The notes under the pieces were generated by a model that saw nothing but the letters and a program-made list of their open reading frames with translations, was not told the DNA's origin and ran no database searches. Of a DNA stretch of 64,000 nucleotides, positions 52,352-61,980 are shown in pieces. Each line of letters opens with the position of its first letter. Within the stretch, counting starts at the first letter, position 1. Position numbers and translations under genes: made by a program. This stretch comes from Myxococcota bacterium (GTDB taxonomy: Bacteria; Myxococcota_A; UBA796; CAJQPC01): positions 19,577-83,576 of the forward strand of contig DASCPX010000037.1 of assembly GCA_036012755.1 (NCBI GenBank), read 5' to 3'.

Positions 52352-54175
52352 TCAGCCGCGGAGCACGAGCAACATCGTCATCAAGACGAGGATGACGGCG
52401 CCAGCGGCGACCATGAACTGCAGGTAGGTGTCGCCGCGCAAGAGCTCGACGAGACGGCCGATCGGTCCGTCGGCGACTGGGAGATCGATGTCATCGGGCT
52501 CTGGGGGGGCGAGGTCACGCCCCTCGTCACCCGGGAGCGGGACGTCCGTCCACGAGCGGGCGCCGACGATGTCCGTCAGCGGGTCCGGCTCCGGCAGCTG
52601 GCTCTGGACCTGCACCGCGGGCTCGGTGTGCTCGGCCTCCGGTGGGGGTGGGGGTGGCGGTGCGGCGGGTGCCGGGGGGGGGATCGGTGAGGGCTTGCCT
52701 TCGCCGTCCAGCATGAAGTTGAGGGTCTCCTCCGGCTTGTTTCCGAAGTCGGGATCTGCGATGGCGTCATCGAGCGCGGACTCGAGCGCCGCCTTGTCCG
52801 CCGGGGGTGCCGGGGGCGGGATCGAGGGCTGCGTCTCCGGCACGTCCTCGTCCGGCTCCAAGAAAGGGATCGCCTGGGCTCCTGGCCTGGGGCTCGCCGG
52901 AGGCACGTAGCCAGCCGCCGCCCTGAGCTCGTACTGGGCCTCGGCGGTCTCCGGCGGGTGGCCGGAGTCACGGATGGCGAAGGCCACGCGGGTTCGGTAG
53001 CGGCCCGGTCCCAGGTCCATGACCCTGAAGCTGAAGCGGAAGCGCCCCGAGGGGTGCCGGTCGACCGTGTAGGCGCACTCGACGTCTCGGATGCGGTCGC
53101 CGGACTCGTCATCGAAGACGGCGACGCCGCATGCGATCTCGTCGTGGCTGTCCACCCCCGCGGACACGGCGACGCTGACGCCGAAGCTGACCTCTTCGTC
53201 CGACTCGAAGGTCGATGAGCCGGGCGGGCGGTCGAGCATGACCTTCCCGACCATCGCGACCCGTGGACGGATCAGGGATCGCAGCTCGTCGAGGCGGGGC
53301 GCGAGCTCCCGGACCCGCGCGAAGCGGTAGGGCGGCGAGGGCGCGATCTGCTGTGACAGCGCCCGGCCCAGCACGCTCGAGAGCTTCTCGGCGAAGCGCG
53401 CGTGGAAGCGGTTGTTGCTGTCTTCGGACTTCAGTCGCTCGATCGCGCGGTCCTTCAAGACCACCCTGTCGCCCTTGTCGAGGCCGGTCACCGGGAGCAC
53501 CTGCGGCGAGTCGTCTCCGTCCGGCGGCGTCATGACGGCGCGGTACAGGATCATCGCGATCGCGTAGGTGTCCGCGGTCTCCTCGAGCTCCTCGCCGCGC
53601 AGGACCTCTGGCGGGAGGTAGCGGTTGGGCTCGGGGCTGATGGCGTGCAGCTGGCCGAGCGCGTCGATGGCGCTCGGGGTCGCCATGTCGGTGAGCAGGA
53701 CGTCGCCGCGATCGTTCAGAAGGATGTTGGAGGGCCGCAGGTTGCCGTGCAGGCCAACGTCCTGCTGCATCTCCGCCAGGTGACCACAGACGGCGACCAG
53801 CACCGTGAGGACCTCTGTGAGCGTGCAGCCCTGGGCGATCCGGCGATCGAGTGTCGTGGTGAGCCGCGGGAGGATCAACAGCGGCGAGCCGTCCTCGGCC
53901 TGGCGCGACTGCAGCGGCGGGAGGAAGACGTGGGCGCCCTCGCCCAGCATGCGGGCCTGCTCCGCGCAAGCGTTCTGGCAGGCTCCCAGCAGGGTGTCCG
54001 TGAGCGGCACGTCACCCCTGAAGTCGTCGCGGGACAAGGGGCATTTCAAGACGAACTCGGCGCGCGAGTCGCCGTGCCGAACCAGGTAGGACTTGCCCCA
54101 CAGGCCACGGCCGAGGAGGGGGCCGACCTGGTAGCTGCGGCCCTGTGCGTCGAGGACGACGTCTCCAGTCTTCAT
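52352..54175 (-). CDS. Membrane-anchored pseudokinase with Ig-like domain and Pro-rich linker
   Basis: GRGLWG, VLK, HGNLRPSN (HRD becomes HGN), TDMA (DFG lost), YLPPE; C-terminal TM. Confidence 0.8.
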   Translation of the reverse strand: MKTGDVVLDAQGRSYQVGPLLGRGLWGKSYLVRHGDSRAEFVLKCPLSRDDFRGDVPLTDTLLGACQNACAEQARMLGEGAHVFLPPLQSRQAEDGSPLLILPRLTTTLDRRIAQGCTLTEVLTVLVAVCGHLAEMQQDVGLHGNLRPSNILLNDRGDVLLTDMATPSAIDALGQLHAISPEPNRYLPPEVLRGEELEETADTYAIAMILYRAVMTPPDGDDSPQVLPVTGLDKGDRVVLKDRAIERLKSEDSNNRFHARFAEKLSSVLGRALSQQIAPSPPYRFARVRELAPRLDELRSLIRPRVAMVGKVMLDRPPGSSTFESDEEVSFGVSVAVSAGVDSHDEIACGVAVFDDESGDRIRDVECAYTVDRHPSGRFRFSFRVMDLGPGRYRTRVAFAIRDSGHPPETAEAQYELRAAAGYVPPASPRPGAQAIPFLEPDEDVPETQPSIPPPAPPADKAALESALDDAIADPDFGNKPEETLNFMLDGEGKPSPIPPPAPAAPPPPPPPEAEHTEPAVQVQSQLPEPDPLTDIVGARSWTDVPLPGDEGRDLAPPEPDDIDLPVADGPIGRLVELLRGDTYLQFMVAAGAVILVLMTMLLVLRG

Positions 54176-54200
54176 CAGGCCTCGGCAGCGGGGGTGCGTC

Positions 54201-54221
54201 GCAGTCGAAGCTATCGACTGC
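54201..54221. promoter_or_regulatory. Perfect 8-bp inverted repeat over the -10 box (candidate operator)
   Basis: GCAGTCGA-agcta-TCGACTGC. Confidence 0.55.
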
Positions 54222-54236
54222 AGGATCCCGTGTCAA
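54208..54236 (-). promoter_or_regulatory. sigma70 promoter of pseudokinase-pepA operon
   Basis: Minus strand TTGACA-17 nt-TAGCTT. Confidence 0.75.
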
Positions 54237-54251
54237 AGGTCAGACAACGCT

Positions 54252-55871
54252 ATGATTTCCCGCATCGTGGACTACTCGTTCCCGGAGGAGGGAAATGGGC
54301 CGTATCGGCTCTTTCGCGGCATCGAGGGTTCTCTCGTGGAGCGCTTCGAGGCTGGCCTGCGAAACCCGCGCGAGGCACAGCTGGGGCGCCTCGAAGCGAT
54401 CCTGGCCGAGGTGGAGGGCACGGCCTTCGGGGCGGCGCACGGCCTGCGCCCTGGCGTCGGGCTCGGCCGCTTTCGTGAGCTCGTGCCCGTTCGCGACTAC
54501 GACGGGCTGCGAGAGTGGATGGAGCGCGTCCACGAGGGCAAGCGGCGCGTTCTGACGAAGAGTCCCGTGCGGAGCCTCTTGAAGACATCTGGCACGACGG
54601 GGCGGGCCAAGCTGCTGCCGGTCACCGAGACCTACGCGCGAGAGGTCCGCGAGGGGCAGTCCCTGTGGCGGCTGGCGCTCATCCGGGACCACGAGGCGGT
54701 GACCAGGGGCAAGGCGCTGACTGTCGTCTCCCCGGCTGTCGAAGGGAGGCTGCCTTCCGGACTCCGCTTCGGCTCGAACACCGGCCGCATGCAGGACGAG
54801 CAGCCCTGGCTCGTGCGACTGCGGTACCCGATCCCTCGGGGCGTGGCGTCGATCGAGGACAGCGAGGCGCGGATCTATGCGCTCCTCCGTTTCGCGCTCC
54901 AGGCCAGAATCAGCACGATCACGACCGCCAACCCCTCGACCGTGCTGCTGTTGTGCCGGAAGCTCCTGGAGCACCGGGAGGACCTCGCTCGAGACCTCGC
55001 CGAGGGTACCTGTCGCTACGGCCCCGCCCCTCGACTCGGCCTGGCGGCTCGCTTGCGGCTCCGGGTCTCGGCGGTCCCCGACGACTGGCGTCCGGCCCGC
55101 ATCTGGGATCTGGCGACGGTGAACTGCTGGAAGGGTGGTCCGGCGCGCTTCTTCCTCGCCCGTCTCGGTGATGCGCTAGGCGGCGAGGTGCCGATCCGGG
55201 AGCTCGGGATCACGGCATCAGAGGGCTACTTCGCCATCCCGATGAGCGACGGTGACGAGGGCGGCGTCGCCTGGCTGGGCGGGCATGTCCTGGAGTTCGT
55301 CGACGAGGACGGCCCCCACTGGGCCTGGGAGCTCGAGGTGGGCCGCTGCTACCGTCTGGTGGTGACGACCTCTGGGGGGCTCTATCGCTACGACCTCAAC
55401 GACCTCGTCGAGGTCACCGGCTTCGCTGGAGGCGCGCCGCTGTTGCGCTTCGTGCGCAAGGGGCGGAACGTGCTGAACGTCACCGGCGAGAAGGTGGCCG
55501 AGGAGCAGGTCGTCGCCGTCGTCTCGCGCCTTGCCCCCGGGCTGGAGGGGTTCACGCTCGGCGTCCGCATGGGGGAGGTGCCGACCTACGTGCTCGCTGT
55601 GGAGGGCCCACACGAGGGCCTCGGCCGTCGACTGGACGGAGCGCTGCGCCAGGCGAACGTGGAGTACGACAACAAGCGCGACACCCAGCGACTGGCCCCC
55701 GCCGAGGTCCTCGCCCTGCCCCCCGGGAGCTACGCGCGCTACCGCGCCGCCAGGGTGGCTGGTGGCGCGCCGGAGGGGCAGGTGAAGGACCTGGTCCTGG
55801 CGGTCTCCGAAGAGGACTGGGAGCGGCTCATGGACGCCGCCCGGCTGCCAGGTTCAGGGGACCCTGGATGA
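54252..55871 (+). CDS. GH3-family acyl-adenylate/amido synthetase
   Basis: KTSGTTGRAKLLP, ASEG, GGLYRYDLND, GEK, NVEYDNKR; start may be GTG 54267 (TATGAT 10 nt upstream). Confidence 0.88.
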   Translation: MISRIVDYSFPEEGNGPYRLFRGIEGSLVERFEAGLRNPREAQLGRLEAILAEVEGTAFGAAHGLRPGVGLGRFRELVPVRDYDGLREWMERVHEGKRRVLTKSPVRSLLKTSGTTGRAKLLPVTETYAREVREGQSLWRLALIRDHEAVTRGKALTVVSPAVEGRLPSGLRFGSNTGRMQDEQPWLVRLRYPIPRGVASIEDSEARIYALLRFALQARISTITTANPSTVLLLCRKLLEHREDLARDLAEGTCRYGPAPRLGLAARLRLRVSAVPDDWRPARIWDLATVNCWKGGPARFFLARLGDALGGEVPIRELGITASEGYFAIPMSDGDEGGVAWLGGHVLEFVDEDGPHWAWELEVGRCYRLVVTTSGGLYRYDLNDLVEVTGFAGGAPLLRFVRKGRNVLNVTGEKVAEEQVVAVVSRLAPGLEGFTLGVRMGEVPTYVLAVEGPHEGLGRRLDGALRQANVEYDNKRDTQRLAPAEVLALPPGSYARYRAARVAGGAPEGQVKDLVLAVSEEDWERLMDAARLPGSGDPG

Positions 55872-56427
55872 TCCAGCCGCGGTCGTCGCTCGTGCGCCAG
55901 AGGAGGTCTCTACCAGGCGAGGTGCAGACCAGGTCCACCTCCAGCTCGGCGCTGCGGAGGCCTTCCATCGTCTTTGCGTTCGGTTCCAGCTCCAGCTGTA
56001 GGACGTGGATCTCGCCCATGCACGGCGCGGCGGGCGTTCCGAAGCCATCCGCCCGATCGACCATGCGGACCCGGTAGCTCGCGGCGAAGCCGGTCCGTCG
56101 CTCCCCCGGCGCCGTGGAGGAGAGGAACTCGCGGTCGAGGCGGAGCATGAAGGTGCCTTCGATCGCGATCGGGCGCCACGGATAGCGGTTCTCTCGGAGC
56201 ACGTCGGCGCCGATGACCTCGAGTCCGCCACGCTCGATGCGGCCCTCGAGGTCGGCGGCGAGCAGGAGTGGATCCTGTCCGTCGGCCTGTACCTTCAGCT
56301 CGGTCGTCAACCAGACCTGCCGGGAGCCCGAGCGCTTGACGACGTAGTCGAGCAGGAAGAGCGCCGGGACCAGAAGCCCGAGGAGTAGCCAGACGGCGCT
56401 CCAGCTCTTGAGGCGTGTCCAGTCCAT
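55828..56427 (-). CDS. Hypothetical membrane-anchored protein
   Basis: N-terminal TM WSAVWLLLGLLVPALFLL; ATG 56427 or TTG 56436. Confidence 0.55.
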   Translation of the reverse strand: MDWTRLKSWSAVWLLLGLLVPALFLLDYVVKRSGSRQVWLTTELKVQADGQDPLLLAADLEGRIERGGLEVIGADVLRENRYPWRPIAIEGTFMLRLDREFLSSTAPGERRTGFAASYRVRMVDRADGFGTPAAPCMGEIHVLQLELEPNAKTMEGLRSAELEVDLVCTSPGRDLLWRTSDDRGWIIQGPLNLAAGRRP

Positions 56428-56468
56428 CTTTCGCAACGAATCTACCAGAGCCCGGGATACGGGCTCCT

Positions 56469-57665
56469 GTGGCGTGGGCTCTTCGAATCCTCGTCGGGCT
56501 GGTCGTGCTCGGCTGGCTCGCGGCAGCGCTGAAGGTCTGGCGGCGGCGCCAGGACCCGCGCTTCGTGCTCGGGCCCGGCGCGCTGGCCGTCGATCCGGAG
56601 GTGCGGATCAGCGTCGTCGTGCCGATGCGGGACGAGGAATCCAACGTGCGCGGCTGCCTCGACGCGGTGCTCGCACAGGATCACGACGACGTCGAGGTGG
56701 TCGTGCTCGACGACGGCTCCTCGGACTCGACGAGCGAGCTGCTGGCGGACTACGCCCAGTCCGTGGTCGTCGTAGACGGGGAGGGCGGGCCCCTCCCGGA
56801 GGGCTGGTTCGGCAAGCCCTGGGCGCTCCAGCGGGCCCAGGAGCACGCCCGGGGCGACTGGCTCGTCTTCATCGACGCCGACGTGCGGCTGGCCCCAGAG
56901 GCGGTCTCCAGGGTCGTCCGCTACGGCATGGACAACGACCTCGGCATGGTCACGGGCATGGGCACGCTGACGATGGAGACCTTCTGGGAGAAGACCCTTC
57001 AGCCGGCGGTCGCGGGGCTCATCCTCATGGGCAACGACCTCGACGACGTGAACAACCCGGACAAGACCGACAAGAACATGGCGTCGGGGCAGCTGCTCGC
57101 CTTCCGGCGGAGCGCATATGACGCCGTCGGTCAGCACCGGGCCGTCGCCAACGACATCCTCGACGACGTCGGCCTTGCCCGTGCCTGCGTCGCCGCGGGG
57201 CAGCCATACCACTGCCTTTTCATGCGCGAGCTCTACACGGTCCGCATGTACACCACGCTCTCGGAGATCTGGCACGGCTGGTCCAAGAACCTCTTCGCGG
57301 GCCTGCACTACAGCTGGGTCGTCACCCTCATCGTGCAGCTCTACCTCTTCGTCACGGTGCTCCTTGGGCCGACCCTGGTCGTGCTCGGGGCATCTGGGAT
57401 GATCTCCCGGGAGTGGCTCTGGTGGGGGCTCGCGCAGGTCCTGGTGATGCAGGCCGTTCGCGCCTGGCTCGATCGCATCTGGGGCCACGAGATGATCTGG
57501 GGGCTGACCCACGCCCCAGCGACGCTGGTCGTGATGGCGATCATCATCAACAGCGGCCTGAAGTCCCGAGGCTCGGGTGTGTCCTGGCGCGGCCGCAGCT
57601 ACGTGCTCGGCGAGGGCCCCGAGGGTCCTACTCCTCCGGACAGCGAGACGACTCCCCCGTCGTGA
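56469..57665 (+). CDS. Membrane GT2 glycosyltransferase (CruC/CrtQ/HpnB-like)
   Basis: VPMRDEE, LDDGSSD, GWFGKPWA, FIDADV, GQLLAFRR, ILDDV, RMY..WHGWSKN; C-terminal TMs. Confidence 0.85.
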   Translation: MAWALRILVGLVVLGWLAAALKVWRRRQDPRFVLGPGALAVDPEVRISVVVPMRDEESNVRGCLDAVLAQDHDDVEVVVLDDGSSDSTSELLADYAQSVVVVDGEGGPLPEGWFGKPWALQRAQEHARGDWLVFIDADVRLAPEAVSRVVRYGMDNDLGMVTGMGTLTMETFWEKTLQPAVAGLILMGNDLDDVNNPDKTDKNMASGQLLAFRRSAYDAVGQHRAVANDILDDVGLARACVAAGQPYHCLFMRELYTVRMYTTLSEIWHGWSKNLFAGLHYSWVVTLIVQLYLFVTVLLGPTLVVLGASGMISREWLWWGLAQVLVMQAVRAWLDRIWGHEMIWGLTHAPATLVVMAIIINSGLKSRGSGVSWRGRSYVLGEGPEGPTPPDSETTPPS

Positions 57666-58713
57666 GCCAGTTGACGACGTCGCGGGCCAGCGCGATGTCG
57701 GCGTTGGTCTGCACGTGGGCCGCCTCTCCGGTGTCGACCACGCAGCTCGGCACCTGGCCGCGTTCCTCGAGCTTTGTCACGAGCCCGTCGACGTTGCCGC
57801 TCGGCACGCGGGGGTCGACCGATGAGTGCACCAGCATCGTCGGGATCTCATCGAAGCCGCCGTCTGCCACGAGGCGCTTGATGGACCACTCCGCCAGCGA
57901 GCTCTCCCCGCCGGTGTCGTCCGCGCCCGGCTCGAAGTAGATCCGCGCGAGACCATCTCCGACCCCGGGGGTCTCGGCCCAGTCATCCAGGTCGTCCACC
58001 GGCGAGTCGAGCAGCACCCCTGCTAGCGCCGGTCGCTCCTCGTGCCGGATCAGGTCGGCGACGCCGAGGGCGCCATCGCCCAGCCCGACCAGGTAGATCT
58101 CTCCGCTGTCGATGAGCGCACTGGGCGTGATCCCCTGGCTGGCCGCGAAGGTCGCGTCGACCATCCAGCGCAGCTGCCACCAAGCGAAGGTGCCGCCCTC
58201 GCGATCGAGGTACTCGGTGGCCTTGTCGTTGACCTGGTCCGGGCTCTCGTCGTGCCAGAGGTCCCCCCAACAGTTGGTGGGGTAGACCCCGACCACGCCA
58301 GCGTCGAGCAGGCTGGCCGGGATGGTGCCGTAGTTCTCTTCGGCGGGCTCGACTTGGGGGTGCATGCCGAGGGTCTCCCAGACCTTCTGGACGCCCCAGC
58401 GTCGCGTCATCCGGGTGGTCCCGTCCTCGCCGGTCGCGGCCCAGTGCTCGCCGATCAGGGGAGCGTCGGACTGGGGTTCGATGACGTAGTCGAAGGCAGA
58501 TGAGTGCAGGACGATCGCCACGGGGCGTTGCTCTTCCCAGGTCTCGTCCCACACGACGTAGATCTTCGCGCCCTCGCCGTCGGGGCAGTCCAGGTCGGTC
58601 TCGATCGTCTCCACCACGCCGGTCGTGGTTCCCGAGAGGTCGTTGTCGAAGGGAACGACCGTGAAGTCGATGGGATCGGGGGTCTTCCAGCAGGCCAGGG
58701 AGAGCAGCAGCAT
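57628..58713 (-). CDS. Alpha/beta-hydrolase-fold lipoprotein with degenerate nucleophile elbow
   Basis: MLLLSLA-C; IDSGEIYLVGLGDGA, MLVHSSVDPRVP, AAH. Confidence 0.6.
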   Translation of the reverse strand: MLLLSLACWKTPDPIDFTVVPFDNDLSGTTTGVVETIETDLDCPDGEGAKIYVVWDETWEEQRPVAIVLHSSAFDYVIEPQSDAPLIGEHWAATGEDGTTRMTRRWGVQKVWETLGMHPQVEPAEENYGTIPASLLDAGVVGVYPTNCWGDLWHDESPDQVNDKATEYLDREGGTFAWWQLRWMVDATFAASQGITPSALIDSGEIYLVGLGDGALGVADLIRHEERPALAGVLLDSPVDDLDDWAETPGVGDGLARIYFEPGADDTGGESSLAEWSIKRLVADGGFDEIPTMLVHSSVDPRVPSGNVDGLVTKLEERGQVPSCVVDTGEAAHVQTNADIALARDVVNWLTTGESSRCPEE

Positions 58714-58722
58714 TGGACAAGA

Positions 58723-59445
58723 CTACCCGGCGTCGAGGACGCAGCGGAAGCCGATGGGGCCTTCCACGTCCTCTACGCCGAAGCCCGGGTGACCCTGGTG
58801 CAGCGCCCCGGCGTAGCCTCCGTCGGCCAGGTGGTGCCACAGCCAGGCCCCGATGTCGGACAGGCCGCGCACGGGCGGATGCGCGCCGACCTCGTGCACC
58901 GCTCCGAAGCGCGGTGGTGCGTGCCGGCCCAGCGCCAGGTCCCGCCGGTCGCCCCAGGGGAAGCGCTCCGCGCCCCAGATCGCCTGGTATTCACTGGCTG
59001 TCGGGAGTCGCATGCCGAGCTCTTCGGCGAAGCGCCCCGCCCGGTCGCGGTCGAGCCCCGTGACCGGGCAGAGAGGATCGACGTTGTCGGGCAGGCGCTC
59101 GTCCCGGTGCTGCAGCCAGCGGTCCCAGGTGACCGGGACGACGTCCACGAACAAGGGATCGTCGAGACGCACCAGGGTCATCAGCGGGTGCTCTCCGTCC
59201 GGGTTCACCCAGCCCTCGATCTCGTGGAGCTCCCAGCGGGGCAGAGGTCTGGGCTTGTCGACGCTGAGGAAGACCTCCGCGCGACCGATCGAGCGGTCCC
59301 TGCCGGCCCAGGCCCGGGCAGAGAGGACCTTGTAGGTCGCTTCTCGCGGGGCGAGGTTCGCGGTGGCCAGAGCACGGCTCACCGCGTGGCGGACTGTGAC
59401 TCCCGTTGCGCTCACGTTCGGCATCCTCATGACGATAGACGCCAT
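58723..59445 (-). CDS. SUMF1/FGE-sulfatase-like domain protein (divergent)
   Basis: PVTG..GMRLPTASEY..FPWG..GLSDIGAWLWH..IGFRCV. Confidence 0.7.
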   Translation of the reverse strand: MASIVMRMPNVSATGVTVRHAVSRALATANLAPREATYKVLSARAWAGRDRSIGRAEVFLSVDKPRPLPRWELHEIEGWVNPDGEHPLMTLVRLDDPLFVDVVPVTWDRWLQHRDERLPDNVDPLCPVTGLDRDRAGRFAEELGMRLPTASEYQAIWGAERFPWGDRRDLALGRHAPPRFGAVHEVGAHPPVRGLSDIGAWLWHHLADGGYAGALHQGHPGFGVEDVEGPIGFRCVLDAG

Positions 59446-59519
59446 GGATCCAGCTGAGAAGTGACAAGAGCGAATCGGGCCCTTCTGTTAAGTTCCGACG
59501 CCCCATCCGGAGGCGTTCG

Positions 59520-60305
59520 ATGCCACTGTCGCCGATCCTTGGGCTCCTGCTGGCGTGCGATGGCGCGCAGCAGGCACCGGCACCTGTCGAGGACCCCTGT
59601 CCCGAGATCTCCATGGAGATGGCTGGAGACTGGATCAAGGTGCAGGGAAGCGCCGGGGACCACACCCACCGGGTGCGCATCCACCCCGACGGCAGCGCCT
59701 GGTACGTCGGGGGCGGCTTCGAGAAGACCCGGATGGAGGGCAAGTACCGGAAGGACGACCTCATGCTCACAGAGGTCGGAGACAAGGACCTCAAGACCCG
59801 CTTGTACTTCCAGCCCAACAAGAAGAAGTGCTCGGTTCGCGTCGTCGAGGTCCGCGTCGACGCGGAGGGCAAGGAGCGGCAGGTCGGTGTCGGCTACACC
59901 GAGTACCTCTCCTTCCCCGAGGGCCAGGTCTTCACCTTCCGACCCTGCGACGACAGCGCCTACATCGGCGACGCGGCGAAGAGCTGGGCCAAGGCCAGGA
60001 GGGAGCGCGACTCCGACAACGGCATCAACCCGGTCGGCGCCCTGGGCGAGAGCGTCCCGGTGGCGAGCTGGACGGAGCCGATCGACGGGGAGTGCACCTA
60101 CAGCGCCGCCCTGTACTTCGACGACCGCCCGGTCGAGGGCAAGGAGGCACTCGAGGGCAAGCTGTCGGACGGCATGGTGCAGTTCTACGACGAGTGGTAC
60201 GCGCCCTACTCCGGGAACCACAACTTCGAGTTCCACCGCAAGGCGAGCTGTGGTGGCGAGGACAAGGACCTCGGTGTCGCCTGCCTCGAGGCCATCCTCG
60301 ACTGA
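59520..60305 (+). CDS. Hypothetical Cys-containing lipoprotein
   Basis: MPLSPILGLLLA-C; GGAGG SD; first gene of the fab-like operon. Confidence 0.7.
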   Translation: MPLSPILGLLLACDGAQQAPAPVEDPCPEISMEMAGDWIKVQGSAGDHTHRVRIHPDGSAWYVGGGFEKTRMEGKYRKDDLMLTEVGDKDLKTRLYFQPNKKKCSVRVVEVRVDAEGKERQVGVGYTEYLSFPEGQVFTFRPCDDSAYIGDAAKSWAKARRERDSDNGINPVGALGESVPVASWTEPIDGECTYSAALYFDDRPVEGKEALEGKLSDGMVQFYDEWYAPYSGNHNFEFHRKASCGGEDKDLGVACLEAILD

Positions 60306-60793
60306 TGCGGTGGCTCCTCCTCGATCGCATCGACGAACTCGTCCCCGGCGAGCACGCCCTCGGCGTCAAGGCCTGGACCTATAGCGAGCCCTACTTCCAG
60401 GACCACTTCCCGGGTTTTCCGGTCGTCCCTGGCGTGCTGCTCCTGGAGTCGATGGCGCAGCTCTCTGGCAAGCTCATCGGCTACACCGTGCGAAAGCAAC
60501 GCGGCGACTGGCCCTTTCCCATCTTCTCCATGGCCGAGAAGGTGAAGTTCCGCCGCTTCGTCAAGCCCGGCCAGGTCGTGCAGGTCCACAGCAGGTTCAT
60601 CTCCCTCCGCGACGAGTCCGCGGCCATGCGCGTGCGCGCCACCCTCGACGGCAAGGTGGTGGCCCAGGCCGAGGAGACATTCGTCTTCAACGCCGTCAAG
60701 CTCGAGGATCCGGGCGAAGCGGAGCGCGTCGAGCGGCTCGAGCGCAAGGCGCTGGCGTTGTTGTGGGAGGGGCTCCCAGCCGAGGACCGATGA
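60305..60793 (+). CDS. fabZ: 3-hydroxyacyl-ACP dehydratase (FabZ-like)
   Basis: LLLDRI, HFPGFPVVPGVLLLESMAQ, KFRRFVKPG; TGATG coupling; true start 60305. Confidence 0.88.
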   Translation: MRWLLLDRIDELVPGEHALGVKAWTYSEPYFQDHFPGFPVVPGVLLLESMAQLSGKLIGYTVRKQRGDWPFPIFSMAEKVKFRRFVKPGQVVQVHSRFISLRDESAAMRVRATLDGKVVAQAEETFVFNAVKLEDPGEAERVERLERKALALLWEGLPAEDR

Positions 60794-61980
60794 GGCGCGT
60801 GGCGGTGACCGGCGTCGGCATGATCACGCCGCTGGGTCGAGACGTCCCCAGCACCTGGGAAGCCCTCGTCGAGGGGGAGGGCGGCGTCGGTCCGATTCGG
60901 CGCTTCGACGCCCGTGGTTTTCCGGTGACCTTCGCGGCCCAGGTCGACCTCGAGGGCCCAGAGGACGCGGACGAGGGAGAGCTGAAGCTCGAGCTCGCCC
61001 GGCATGCCCTCGACGAGGCCCTCGGGATGAGCGGAGAGCTCCCCTACGATCGCGTCGGTGTGTGCATCGGCAGCGAGGCGGCCCGTCCCAGCCTGGGGGT
61101 CATCGGCCGCCGTCATCGCCTGGCCCAGGTGCCTGGGGTGGCCGAGCTGAGCCGGGCCGCTCCCCAGGCGCCCTCCCGGTACGTACACGAGCGGCTCGGC
61201 GTCCCGGGTCCGGTCACCACGATCAGTACGGCCTGCACCTCGTCATCCCAGGCGGTGGGTGAGGGAGTGCTCCGGATCCGCCGCCGCGAGGTCGACGCGA
61301 TGGTGGTCGGAGGTGTGGACCTCCTGGTGAACCCCGTCATGGTCACGGGCTTCTCGCTCTTGGGTGCGCTGTCCACGCGGAACGACGAGCCCCATCGGGC
61401 GTCACGCCCCTTCGACCGCGGGCGTGACGGCTTCGTGCTTGGCGAGGGCGCCGGCTTCCTGATCCTGGAGGAGTGGGACGCGGCGGACAGGCGTGGCGCC
61501 GACATCCTGGGCGAGCTCCGCGGCTATGGCTGCAGCTGCAACGCCTACCGCATCACGGACTCGCCTCCAGACGGACGGGGGGCCGCCCAGGCGATGGCGC
61601 TGGCGCTCGAGGACGCCCGGCTCGACGCCCGGGAGATCGGCTACGTGAACGCCCACGGGACCTCCACGCCGATGAACGACGTCTCCGAGTCCCGCGGGGT
61701 CTGCCGTGTCTTCGGCGACCACCGGGTGCCGGTCTCCTCTACGAAGTCCTCGATGGGTCACCTCGTCGCTGCCTGCGGTGCGGTAGAGGCCATCGTCGCC
61801 CTGTTGGCCGTCGTCAACGGAGTCCTGCCACCTACGATCAACCTCGACGACCCGGATCCGGAGTGCGACGTCGAGCACCTCCCCCACACGGCGCGACGGC
61901 AGCGGATCGAGCACGCCATCACCAACGCCTTCGGCTTCGGCGGCAGCAACGGGTCGCTGGTTCTGTCGAGGCCTCGGTGA
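60790..61980 (+). CDS. fabF: Beta-ketoacyl-ACP synthase II-like (KS)
   Basis: TACTSS (Cys), RPFDRGRDGFVLGEG, NAHGTST (His), MGHL (His), NAFGFGG. Confidence 0.9.
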   Translation: MRRVAVTGVGMITPLGRDVPSTWEALVEGEGGVGPIRRFDARGFPVTFAAQVDLEGPEDADEGELKLELARHALDEALGMSGELPYDRVGVCIGSEAARPSLGVIGRRHRLAQVPGVAELSRAAPQAPSRYVHERLGVPGPVTTISTACTSSSQAVGEGVLRIRRREVDAMVVGGVDLLVNPVMVTGFSLLGALSTRNDEPHRASRPFDRGRDGFVLGEGAGFLILEEWDAADRRGADILGELRGYGCSCNAYRITDSPPDGRGAAQAMALALEDARLDAREIGYVNAHGTSTPMNDVSESRGVCRVFGDHRVPVSSTKSSMGHLVAACGAVEAIVALLAVVNGVLPPTINLDDPDPECDVEHLPHTARRQRIEHAITNAFGFGGSNGSLVLSRPR

